Shown here: one piece after another, positions 50,557 through 62,680 of the stretch | Position numbering within the stretch: position 1 is the stretch's first letter | How the letters are laid out: every line of letters starts with the position of its first letter | NCBI RefSeq assembly: GCF_018977255.1 | Contig: NW_024704743.1 | Span: forward strand, 55,864,001-55,928,000 | DNA from: Callorhinchus milii | Taxonomy: Eukaryota | Direction: 5' to 3' | Length of the DNA: 64,000 bases | The notes under the pieces: generated by a model | Seen by the model: only the letters and a program-made list of their open reading frames with translations | Told to the model about the DNA's origin: nothing | The model's database searches: none | Position numbers and translations under genes: made by a program

Positions 50557-53500
50557 TTCCTGGGGCTGGTGAGACCTGTACAAGGTGGATGGGTTGCACC
50601 TGAACAGAGTTGGAACCAATGTCCTTGCAGGCAGTTGTTAGCAGCTGATACTATCAGTTGCCATCAACTACTGCTGTAAGGGAGGCTTTAAACTAATTTG
50701 GCAAGTGGAGAGGAAACCCGGATGTAACATCAGAGAGGCGAAACTAGGAACAGAGAGGAATGGAAGCGACAAATAACTTTGGAATAAAGAATAGTCCAGA
50801 AACAGGAGGGATCCAGGTTGGTGAGCTGCAGGTGCAGTTTACCACATGGGATTATGATGTAGTACAATAATAACACTCCTTGCATTTGATATAGCTCCTT
50901 ATTACATCTTCAAGACATCTCAAAGTGCTTCACAGAATATACTGAAAAGCGAATTGACTATATTTTGTGGACTAAATGAGGCAGCCAATTGTGCACAGCA
51001 GTGTCCCACAAACAATCGTGGATTGAAGTGACCAATTTATTATTATTAATTTTTTTTAAAAGAATTATTACCCCTGGAAAAGCGATCCGCCGATCAATCA
51101 ACAACCGGGTTCGTACTTACAGCTAGGTGAACAGAGGCATGTGGAGTAAAGAAACTTGCCTAACATTTTGCCCTGCCGGGAATCGAACCCAGGTCTCTCG
51201 CTTGAGAGGCGAGTGCTTTAACCATTGAGCTACAGGACTAATTGCACAACAATGAAGAGCAGACTCAAACAAGGGCAGAAATGGGAACTTAACATTCCTG
51301 GCTACAATGTATTCAGGAGGAATAGGGAAGGAAATTGATGAAAGATACTGTTACAGCCCTGGAAAGGGATGACGTGCTGGAGGGATCAAAGACGGAATCT
51401 ATTTGGTTAGAGTTAAGGAGCAGAAGAGGAGCTGTTATGCTGTTAGGTGTATACTATAACTCACCAAATAGTGGGAAGGAGATAGAGGAGCAAATCTGAT
51501 TTCAGAAAGGTGTAGAAATAATAGAGTACCTATAATAGGGAACTTCAATTATTCAAATACAGACTGTGAAGAAAACAGTGTAAAGTGCACAGAGGGGGAT
51601 GAATTCTTAAAATGTGTGCAAGAGAACTTTCTTGATCAGTATGTTTCCAGCCCAACGAGGAAGGAAGCAGTGTTGGATCTAGTCCTGGGGAAGTAGAGCA
51701 GGTTTCAATGGGAGAGCATCTGGATAATAGTGATTCATATATCAGCAGGTTTAGAGTACAGAAGTTATGGAAAGGGAGAAGGAACAATCAAGGTGAGGGT
51801 ACTCAACTGGAAGAGGCTATTTCAGTGAGTTGAAAAGGGATCTGACCCAGATGGATTGGAAACAAAGATTGATGGGTAAAACAGTAAACAAGCAATGGGA
51901 GGCTTTCAAAGAGTACAGACCAAACACATTACCATGTGGGGGAAATATGGATCATCCAAAGCTAGAGCTCTCTGGATGACTAAGGAAACTGGGATTAAAA
52001 TGACGGTTATGATAAATGTCAGGTTCAAAATGCATTAGAGAATCAGAAGCTGAATACAGAAAGTTGCAGAGAAGAACTGAAAAAGGAAATAAGCGGCAAA
52101 GCGAGTATATGAGAAAAGATAAGTAGATAACATTAAAAGGAAACCTAAAGTATTCTATAAATATTAAAGAGTAAAAGGATGGTCAAAGGAAGGATGCGAC
52201 TGATTATGGACCGAAAAGGAAATGTTCTTGTGGAGGCAGAGGGCATTGCTGAGGTATCGAATGAGTACTTTGCATCTGTCTTCACAAAAAAGGATGTTAC
52301 CAATGGTATAGTAAAGGAGGAGAGAGTAGAAAAATTGGATAGGATAAAAATAGAGAATTATATTATAAAAATATAGAGCAGGTACTTAAAAGGTTACTAG
52401 CATTCACAGTAGAAAAGTCACCTGGTTCAGGTGGAATGTATCCTAGCTTACGAGGGAAGTTACGGTGGAAAGAGTGCAGGCTCTTACCACAATCTTTCAA
52501 TTCTCCTTGAATATGGGAGTAGTACCTGAGTACTGGAGTGTTGCAAATGTTACACCCCTGTTCAAAAAAGAGAAGTATAAACCTGGAAACTACAGGCCAT
52601 TCAGCCTAACGTCGGTGGTGGGGACAGTCAACATGGATTTGTTAAAGGCAAATCATGTTTGACAAACTTAATTGAGTTCTTTGATGATATAACAGAGAGG
52701 ATTGATGAAGGTAGTGCAGTTGTTGTAGTGTATATGGACTTTCAGAAGGTGTTTGATAAGGTGCCACGTAATAGTCTAGTTAGAAAAATTGAAGCCCATG
52801 GGATAGGGACAGCAGCAGCATGTATATGAAATTGGCTGGGAGACAGAAAGCAGAGGGTAGTGGTGAATGGTTGTTTTTCTGACTCAAAGAAAATATACAG
52901 TGGTGTCCCCCCAGGGGTCGGTGTTAGGTCCACTGCTGTTTTTGATATACATAAATTATCTTGGACTTGGATATAGAGAGAAAAATGTTAAAGTTTGCAG
53001 ATGATACAGAACTTGGAAATAGTAAACAGTGAGGAGGATGGTAGGAGGTGCTGACTGGTGAAATTGGCAGACACATGGCAGATGAACTTACGACAAAGAA
53101 GTGTGAGGTGATGTGTTTTGGGAGGAAGAATGGAAAAAGGCAATGTACAATAAATGGTACAGTTTTAAAGGGGGTACAGGAGCAGAGAGGCAAGACAGGT
53201 TGATAGAGCTGTTAAAAAAGCATATGGGATCTTGGCTTTATAAATAAGTACAGAAGCGAGGATGTTCTGCTAAATCTTTATAAGTCATTGGTTTGGCTTC
53301 AGTTGGAGTATTGTGCCCAATTCTGGGTGCCAAACTTTAGGAAAGATATTAAGGAGTTGGAGCAGGTACAGGTGAGATTTATCGGAATGGTACCAAGGAT
53401 GAGGGACTGCAGTTATTTGGTGAGACTGGAGAAGCTGGGATTGTTCTCCTTACAATAAAGAAGGTAATGGGGAGATTTAATGTTATGAATGCTCAAAATT

Positions 53501-53620
53501 ATGAGGGGTTTTGATAGAGTAGACAGGGAGAAACTGTTTCCAATGACAGGTGGGTAGGTAACATAGATTCAAGATAATTGGCAATGGCCTCCTTGTGTGC
53601 TGTAATATTCTATGATTCAT
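50557..53620 (+). mobile_element. Long degenerate CR1 LINE (ORF1 esterase C-terminus, ORF2 endonuclease and RT, 3' tail)
   Basis: DLYKVDGLHLNRVGTNVL (ORF1 SGNH-esterase motif), WELNIPGYNVFRRNR (endonuclease), [33 protein letters not shown]; tail ttctatgattc; many frameshifts. Confidence 0.93.
50865..51240 (-). mobile_element. tRNA-derived SINE family 2, full length, inserted in the CR1 endonuclease region
   Basis: Interrupts DYDVV|...WELNIPGY; head ...gggaatcgaacccagg...ccattgagctacaggact. Confidence 0.9.
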
Positions 53621-53659
53621 CTGTTGTGGGTTTCAATTCCTTCACGTTGGATCCAACTA

Positions 53660-54445
53660 CAGTAGAAACCCAGTTTGCGGTCACCTCAGTAATCCAGCCA
53701 CCTCACAATTGTGGGCACATTTGCACTGTCTCTTTCATTGTCAGTGTAAAATAGACAGCCTCTGTCTGCTTCAGTAAACCGGGCACCTCACTATTCAGGA
53801 CAACAGTCATTGATTACGGCTGTTACAGTGCCCTCCTCCGGTACAAACATGGTACAAACACCCCCCTCCTCTACTAACCTCTACAGTACACAGTGTGTTA
53901 GGTTTCGGGCTTCTCGCACTATTTCCTTGACATTGCTACTGTGGGCCGAGTGGGCTCCAGTCACGTGTGCGAGGCGCTGGGTGTGTTGGGATTGCGGAAA
54001 CGGCGCGAGTGTGAAATTGACTTCACCCGGCGCCCGCGGCCTAACCTGAGCTCCTGCAGCCAATTCTTGGTAAGTGTTGTGAACATGCCACCACAGAAGG
54101 AATTGTCCTTACGTGAGAGAGTGGCACTTAACCAAAAACAGTGAGGGCAAAAGTCATAGACAGTTAGCTGTGAGCTATGGTATTGGCAGAACACAAGTTG
54201 CATTCTCAAATGAAGGTTGAATACATGATGGCTTTTGTTTGAAATGTGACAATGCCTTTATTTTAATGAGATTGCAAAGAATGGTTGTTAAATGTTCATC
54301 ACCCTAGCCCATTACCAATGCCCTTAACATTACATCAGTCACCTGAATCACCCGACCTGTTTCAGTAATCAGGTCACCTCACCAAGTAGGTCACTTTTGC
54401 CCATTCACTTGAGAGACCGGATTATGATAACAGGCTTATGCGTAA
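53660..54445 (+). mobile_element. Tigger/pogo-like (Tc1/mariner) DNA transposon remnant
   Basis: TA|cagtagaaacc left terminus; repeated subterminal tcagtaatc...cacctca motifs at both ends; ATG at 54085 gives MPPQKELSLRERVAL, like a Tigger N-terminal HTH start; right end degraded. Confidence 0.6.
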
Positions 54446-55361
54446 ATTACCTGATCTTTTCTGACCCCAGCTACTTTGACCTTAAATTGGCCATTAAATA
54501 ATATTATAGGGTTCATTCCAACGTGAAAAATGGTAAAGTTTAAGATATTAATGGATAAACTGATTGATAGAAAATGCGACCCGCCAATTCTTAATATATC
54601 GACTGGTCCATAGGTATGCCCCCCTCCAATTCCCTTGATGTATCATATGCTTAATAGTAGTTAGATTTGTCCTAAAATTTACATTCTATTTAATATATCT
54701 GCACTTTTTAAGACAGTGAGATAAGTAAGGCTTTAATAGTTCAGAGGACCATGCATCAACAATTTAATTTATTTCACCCATTTGGAAATCAGTGAGATCT
54801 GTGAAGATATCATTTGCAGAATTATTGCACGGTGAAGCTTTTCTGGGAAGTGGTGGCCATCACAGTAATGCTGAATTGGCCAGTGCAACAATCCTGCAGC
54901 AATGCTGGTCTGTAAATGTTTGGAGACAGAGTGAAGTACCACAGGTTTTCTTCCCTTCAGTCTCTTAAAGACACATCAGAAGCAGATATATCATACAATA
55001 CCTTGCATAGAGAATCTGTTCAGTTAACTGTTTCGATGGACCTCTGATATCAGAGTTCAAGCCCACTGGGATGCTACCCTGCATGAAGGGTACTATATAA
55101 TGGCAAGTTATTTTTGTTGCAGCTAACTGCAAACTCTGCCTACTTTTATCAAGGCCATCAGTCAGTTTCTCCACACTATCTTCTAGAAAACAAAGGTATT
55201 GCACAAATCTTTTCATAGCAGCCAAACCAAAATCTGCTTGCTCTACAAGGGGAACAAAGGGGGGTACAGAGGTGCTGTCTCCAGGAGGTCTCCTCCACCA
55301 GAGAAACTGTCAACTCTTATAACCTCCAGCATTGAGTCATGTTCCTCGCCAGTGATGCATG

Positions 55362-56630
55362 ACAACAAGAACAACAACAAGAAGATTCAATTTATAGAGC
55401 GCCTTTCACGTCAGGAGGACGTCCCAAGGCGCTGTACAGTTGGGTCAGGACCCGAGCAAGGGGGAAATGGTCAGGGTGAGGGGAGCGAGGAGGGGGTAGA
55501 GAGTCGAGAGGGGAGCTGAAGGCACAACAACAACAACAACAAGATTCCATTTATAGAGCGCGTTTCACGTCAGGAGGACGTCCCAAGGCGCTGTACAGTT
55601 GGGTCAGGACCCGAGCAGGGGAGAAATGGCACGGTCAAATAGAAAGGTCTTGAGACCGGCCTTGAAGGAGGAAAGGGAGGAGGCAGCGAAGGCACTGGGA
55701 GATAGAGTTCCAGAGACTAGGGGCTGAGAGGCTGAAGGCCCGGCCACCGATGGTAGGGCGGTTGGGGCGGGGGATGTGGAGCAGACTGGAGCCAGAGGAA
55801 CGGAGGGTACGGGCAGGTAGGTAGGGGGATAGTAGGTCAGAGAGGTAGGAGGGAGCAAGGCCGTGAATGGCCTTGTAGGTGAGGATGAGGATCTTGAATT
55901 CGATCCTCTGGGGGATGGGGAGCCAGTGGAGGCGAGCGAAGGTGGGAGTGATGTGGTCGCGAAGCCTGGTGCGGGACAGTACACGAGCTGCAGAGTTCTG
56001 AATGACCTGCAGCTTGTGGAGGGAGGTGCCGGGAAGGCCGGCGAGGAGAGAGTTCCCATAGTCCAGCCTTGAGGTGATAAAGGCGTGGACCAGAGTTTCA
56101 GCAGCGTGAGGGGTGAGGTAGTGCCGTAGTCTGGCGATGTTCCAGAGGTGGTGGAAGGCAGTGCCAGTTGTGGCGCGGATATGAGGGAGAAAGGACAGCT
56201 CAGGGTCGAAAAGAACACAGAGGTTCCTGACTGGCTTTGAGAGGTGGAGAGTGCAGCCTTGGATGCTGATGCTGTCAGCGCCTGAGGTGCGGAGCCGCTG
56301 ACACGAGCCAATCAGGAGGGCCTCAGTTTTACGCACGTTGAGCTGAAGAAAATGGGAGTGATGGTGGCAGTTTTTAAGGGAATGGGAACAGAGCCAGAGG
56401 AGAGGGACAGGTTGACGATGTCTGTGATGTGTGGGACAAGGAGGTGGAGCTGGGAGATAAGGAGTGGAGTGGGGATGGAGTCAAGGGAGCAGGTGGTGGG
56501 TTTCAGGGATAGGATGAGTTTGGTGGCAGAGGGTGGGGAAACGGGTACGAATGTGTGTAGGGGAGGATGGGTAGGAGTCGGAGTGTGGGAGGGAGGGGTG
56601 GGGGGTGGGTGGGTGTTGGAGGGGAAGTGA
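55362..56630 (-). mobile_element. Young L2 LINE with the RT domain deleted and a second L2 tail nested at 55526-55627
   Basis: ORF 55635-56336 nearly identical to 42020-42859; joined at about 56352 directly to the KTATITP region; GGCAC duplicated at 55521-55525 and 55628-55632. Confidence 0.93.
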
Positions 56631-58059
56631 CCGCGGAGCGAATTCCTTTGACTAATCCAGTCCTCAACTCACTTCTAAACTTTTCACTATTCATGTACTT
56701 TCTCATTGAGTCTGATGCTGCTACTAAATCTAACGTAAGCACAGCATGTGGGCGGGATATCATTCCACTCATAAAGTGGTGCAAAAGTCTTTATGGTAGC
56801 CTTAACGCAAAATGTTTACCCCACCTACCAAACTGCAGATAAGTACACAATGCTGGAGAGCCAATAAATAACAGACTTTTCTAGACTCTCAGGAAAATGA
56901 GCATGGAGGTGGATCGTGGATAGGGGGATAGGGGAGAATTGTGAGGACAAATGGACCTAAGAGGGGTTACAGAGCGCTTACCATGAACCTAGGTGTCTGC
57001 ACCCCTCCAGGAGAATTAACAGTAAAGAGAGCGGTCTGTCTCTGTTGGGGCTGCTGTGGTTTCCCCTCTTGTGTTAATAAACCAGATGAGTCTTGTAACA
57101 AGTGTGTGTCCGTGTGTCTCAGTATCTACCTGGCTCGAGTGGTCAGCAGTTATAATACGGATTGGACCAACCTCAAATTTACTATAAGTATTCACCTTCT
57201 AGTTTCTGAAACAGTTTGGGATTCCACTTTTGGGTTTGGAACTCATCCTTAATACATAATATTACAAACAATTTAAACTAAAGTAAATCAACGACTGCTT
57301 GGCTGAAGACTAGCTGATTATTGTGCTTTGGCTTGGATTCTTCGTTGGTAGATTGCTTCAGTCAGCTTTTATACTGGAACGCTTTGTGTTTTCATCATCT
57401 GGCAATGCATATTACCTGGCAATAGTAGGCAGTTGGATCATTGTCAAAATATGGCAGTTCTTGAGACTAATTAGATGAAAATAAATGTGAGGTGGGTCTT
57501 TTAAAAATAAGCACACTTGAATTGAGTGTGAGGAGAATCTTTTGGTGGGATACAGCATGTGATTATTTTACGGAAGATCATCAGTCATACTATATGTTCT
57601 GACTAGTAATGAGGAGATTCTTTTTCAATGTATCAATGACTGAATCTTTTGCCATGACCACATTGGTTTTCCCCCATTTTTCCAAGTTGCGATGACCAGG
57701 TTTAGGGCTGGCTGACAACATTGAACAAGAAACACCTTACACCCACTACAGGGCCCCATTAATAACTGCAATCCTTGTCCATTTTCTGTCCTTCCGCTCC
57801 ACCAGTTTGGGATGGTGCCAGCTACCAAACATGGGATCCACAGGCTAAAAGTGGTCTCATATGATTTGACTCAAATTTCTCGATTGTTCACAAAACCTTA
57901 TGAAGAAATTGGAAATTCTCAGTGTCGAACTGTCCAGCATCACAGTGTTGGTTTTACATTGTGTATTTACTGAAAGTGTAAATTTGCACATTTTATATTT
58001 AAATATAAAAGGGAGAGCTTCCTACCTTTCAGTAAGTAAGCAGAGAGGTTCCTACCTTT

Positions 58060-58300
58060 CAGGGTGAAACTTTGGGCAAGTTTCCTTACTCCACATACCT
58101 GATAATAATCCCTCAAGAAAAAAAACAATAATAATTTGATAACTCAATCCACGCCTGTTTGCAACACTCTACTGTACACAATTGGCTCCCACGTTTCGCC
58201 CACAAACTATACAGTCAATTCACTTTACAGTATATTCTATGAAGCTCTTTGAGACATCTGGAAGACATGAAATTCAAATGCAAGGATTGTTATTATTCTT
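58060..58300 (+). mobile_element. SINE family 2, 5'-truncated, internally deleted subtype
   Basis: gggcaagtttccttactccacatacct|gataataatccc...aaatgcaaggatt. Confidence 0.8.
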
Positions 58301-59377
58301 AATCGCTGCATTAGTGTATGCTTTTCAGCTGTATAAAACTAAAAAGGTGAGATATAATACAGCTACAATGTGACTGTAAATTGACAGGTATGTGTATTTA
58401 TGCAAGAGATGTATTGAAGATATATAATGTGTGTTTTTGATACAATGGTAGATTTGAAGGTTAAATTCAAATACAAGATATTTCCTTGAAGACAAAAAGC
58501 AAAACAAATTTGAAAGTAAACCTTTTGGTCAGGATGTGGAATGTCAGTGTTTCTAGGGCAGATCTCTCCTGAACCTAAAGCAAATTGAGAGGAAACAATA
58601 GCAGTTTGCTGTCAGTGGTGGTCATTATTAAGACTCCCTGCTCCCAAAAAAACAGTGGTTTGACCTGTTGTTAGCCTTGCCAAAGTGAACATTTCATTTT
58701 TTTTCCCCTTTCTTTGAGATATGGCTTCTCTAAGTTATGGCTATGTACACCAAGTACAGCAACAACAAACCACATAGCGCTTTTTACATCGGGAGGACAT
58801 CCCAAGGCCCTGAACAACACCAATTTGCATTTATTTAGTGTCCTTCACACAAAGTAGGGTCTCTGAGCGCTTAATATTGACAGAGCTTGATGCCGAGCTG
58901 GGAGAGAGAAGGGAGGTGAGCGATAACTCGGTGAAGAGGAAGATCTTCAGATGCAATCTGAAGATGGGAAGCAGGTACCAAGGTGGAGGTATTGAGGCAA
59001 GGAGACCAGGTAATTATGTTGTGGGGTGGGCGGGGGTTGCATGTTCACCTACTGCTATATGAGAATATAGCATCCGCTATCTATTCGTGAGTATAGTGCA
59101 TATGAATGTTTTCTCATACGGAATACCTGACGATTTGGTGTATATAGTGTCAGCTTGGCATGTGCAAAATCTCATCCACTGTCATCAAGAATATATAATA
59201 ATAATAATTCATTCTATTGATGTTTGTGGTATATTGCTGTGTGCAAATTGGCTGCTGTGTTCACCACAAAATACATGCAGTCACACCACTTTACAGTATA
59301 CCTTGTGAGGCATATTGAAACATCTCCACAATGTGAACAGATGCTATAGCAAATGCTAAGGATTATTATTTATTTCA

Positions 59378-59780
59378 TAATAATAATTGTAATTGATATA
59401 GCACCTTTCATGTCAGGAGGATGTCCCAAAGCTTTCACAGGATTTACTGTAAAATGTATTGACTATGTATTTTTAGGCTATTTTGCGCAATATGTATGTC
59501 AATAATCAGCCATGAAGTGAATGACCAATTTTATCTGGGGGATTGTTGGCCAGAACACCAGGAGAAATTCCCTTCTCTTTCCAAACAATGACATGGGATC
59601 TTTAACATCCATCTGAACAGGCAGATGGTTTAATATCTCATCTGAAGCACAGCACAAACAAAAATGCTTTGCTCCCCAGAAATGTATTGGAGTGGGGTGT
59701 CAGACTAGACTGTGAGCCTAAAGTCCCAACATGCAGATTGAATGTACAACCTTCTGACTCGGAAGCTGGAGTGCTACCTA
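59378..59780 (-). mobile_element. DeuSINE-type SINE (tail-to-tail with a + strand SINE tail at about 59210-59375)
   Basis: catgggatctttaacatccatctgaacaggcaga core; head ...gtgctacctactgagcgaagctgacac. Confidence 0.82.
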
Positions 59781-60030
59781 CTGAGCGAAGCTGACACCTG
59801 AATATCTGTCTTGCAAATAAAACTGGCCACCCAGCAATATTTGGCACTGGCAGATACTGCTGCCTTTTGAACCGTATTATTTTGGAAGAGTATAAAGTGT
59901 GTGTGTGTTTCTCAGTATCGCTGGCCTCTTATACTGAAGGTTCACCATGTGAGAGGCATGTTGCTGCAGGCAATACCTTATGGTAGTAGAACTCTATCCA
60001 GGCGTTATCAATAACAACTTGCATTTATAT

Positions 60031-60389
60031 AATAATAATAATCCTCACATTTGATACAGCACGTTTCATGTCTCAAAGCGCTTCATAGAATATACTGTAA
60101 AGTAAATTGACTATATTTGTGGGAGAAACACGGCAGCCAATTGCGCACAGCAGTGTCCCACAAACAGTCGTGGATTGAGTGACCAAATTATTATTTTGTT
60201 TTTTTGAGGGATTATTATCCCTGGAAAAGCGATCTACCAATCAATTAACAACCAGGTTCCTACTTACTGCTAGGTAAACAGAGGCGTGTGGAGTTAGGAA
60301 ACTTGCCCAACATTTTGCCCTGCCGGGAATCGAACCCCGGTCTCTTGCTTGAGAGGCGAGCGCTCTAACCACTGAGCTGCAGGACTCCC
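60031..60389 (-). mobile_element. tRNA-derived SINE family 2, full length, inserted in an L2 tail
   Basis: Intact A/B-box head (reverse complement of gggaatcgaaccccgg...ctctaaccactgagctgcaggactcc); host caacttgcatttatat|...|agtgcccctcatg. Confidence 0.9.
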
Positions 60390-61999
60390 CTCCTGTAGCT
60401 CAGTGCCCCTCATGCAGGGTAGTGCCTCAGGGCACTTAACAGTGGAGGAGCACGACAAGTAGTCTAAAGAAGGACCTGTACCATCCCCAAAGAAGTGTGA
60501 AGAGCACACCATTAGCAGCAGCATTGGAAGATCCTGTGCTATCTCTTCCGCCACCCATTCATCTGAATGACTACAGCATGAAGTTGGGAAAAAAGCAGAG
60601 ATGTAAAGCAGGGAAAATCATAACAATAAAGAGAAAGAGCATGCAGTTGTTGTTATGCAACATTTTACTGCATCTGAATGCCAACTATGTCATTAAAACT
60701 CAATTATTATTGGAAAAATTGCATCCAGAATAGTTAAAACTGTTACCACATATCTTAGGGTTTTCTATTTACGCAGAACATCAATGCTCCTTTAAACAAG
60801 CATCGTAAATAATACAGCTTGCGAGATGTTTTTATGAATGCCTTGTAAATGCCAAAAACTGTGTTCCAGATGTGTTCTTTTGAAAGTCTTTCCAATTTGT
60901 TCTCTGCAATGAATTTTTATAGTTTTTAAAAAAAACTCTTTCCTATTCTGCCCACCCCTCATTCTACCCCCCCACCCCACTCCCCCCCACCCACCCCCCC
61001 CACACACACACTTTCTCCTGCAATACTGTGCCAGCTTTTTATAACTTCACCCAGGGAGTAGACAGGCTGGGAGGTTCAAGCCTTTCATCGTGCTGCTCTA
61101 TTGCTGGCTGCTGGATGGTGATAGGTGAGAGTGCTATGCGGTGACTGTCTCTCTCTGTTTTAATGACAAACCATACTTGCACTTCATACCATCTCTTACC
61201 AGTACAGTTGAATGTGGGGGGAGCTCCATGTGTGGAGAATCGTGGATGCAAACCCATATCCTACCACTCTGTGGCACTGCCTGCCCGTGCTGCCAAACAC
61301 AATCTCTTATTAATCTCTATTTTGTAATTACATCTGCAAGGAATATGCAAGTACTGCAAGTGCTTTTTCCACCTCATAACAGGGAATCTGTGTGGTTGCC
61401 ATTGAAGTAAATAACCAAGGTTCGAGAATGGCTTTAATATGTAACCAGATTAGTTTAGTCCTCAGTACGGCATTTTGCAGGAACATGAATACCTTTAAAT
61501 TGCATACTCTAAAATTTGCTTCAAACTTGTTATGGGGTATAAAATATACTACTTGGTTTTCAGCTCGTGGTGGCCTCTTGATGTCAGCTGGAAATCATTG
61601 CGAAATATGCATTTAAAGGAGCATTTTTGGCTTGCAAGTGAAGAACTGCATGAGGCCAGATTGGGGTATCAAATGGGCCAAACAGGCCAACCAGTTTGCA
61701 GTCACTGTAATAAATAAAGGGTGAAGTTGTTAAATATTGTTCATTGTGTGAATGAAGGAGATGACACAACTGTTTAGCGATGCAAAGTGAAGCAACAGCA
61801 GCATTAGTTTACATTTATATAGAGTCTTCATCTCAGGAGGATGATTCAAAGCACTTCACACAGCTAACTGGACATGCAAGCTTGAGGTGGGGGTTGTGGG
61901 GAGCTAAAGAAAGTGGGGTGTGGAGGGCAAAGAGGACCAAAAATGCATTCGAAGAATAGGTTTTAATAATAACAGCAACAGTAATGTTCACATGGAAAA

Positions 62000-62680
62000 T
62001 GATTAAAAAAAGCTTTACAAAGGTTTACAATTGATATAGCTCCTTTCACATCAGGAGAATGTCCCAAGAAACTACACAGGATACACTATGAAGTGCTGTG
62101 ATTGTGTGTGTTTTGCACAAATGTGAGGGTAGGGTTGAGGTGCCCGAAAATGAGGTAGGAGAGTGATAGAGCAGAGGTGAGATAAGTCTTTAGGTAGTTT
62201 GAATGCAGTTAGGGTAGGAGCAAGGCAGTGGTATATAGAAAGAGCGTTCCAGGCAGTGAGTGCAAAGTGGTTAAAAGATGATCCACTGATGTTGGGGTAT
62301 AGGTATGAAACAGACTAGAATTGGTGGAGTAGAAGGAGCAGACAGGGAAGTCGGGTACATATTGAGATGGACCTCAGTCTGTGGATGATGTCACAAATGG
62401 GAACATTTGGGTGAGGAAAAGGCTGGAGTCCTGAGAAACACTGCATATGACTGCACAGGAGCAGGAGGAGAAGTCTAAAAAGTGATGGAATAGACATAGT
62501 CAATAAGACTTGTAGGAGTGAAACCAGGAAAGTGCAGAGGCACAGAAACGTTGAAGGGAAGATAGATGGTGGTGAAGAATCGAGTGGTCAATGGTGTTGA
62601 AAGTAACAATGGAGGACAAGAAGGCACAGTAGAGGGAGTCCTGGTCACAGGCAGTGAAAGTTAGTTATTGGAGGATGTTG
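62000..62680 (-). mobile_element. Old degraded L2 LINE
   Basis: Antisense remnants: ICDIIHRLRSISIC, gagtggtcaatggtgttgaaag (FNTIDH), cactgcatatgac. Confidence 0.6.

Noticed and set aside
54832..54903. VKLFW...HHSNAELASATILQQ faintly resembles AGMO exon 4 (VNIxW...HHSSEDYNLSTALRQ)
   Set aside because: It needs a frameshift, lacks the first His of the box and has no suitable AG acceptor. Most likely chance; the real exon 4 is presumably beyond the window.
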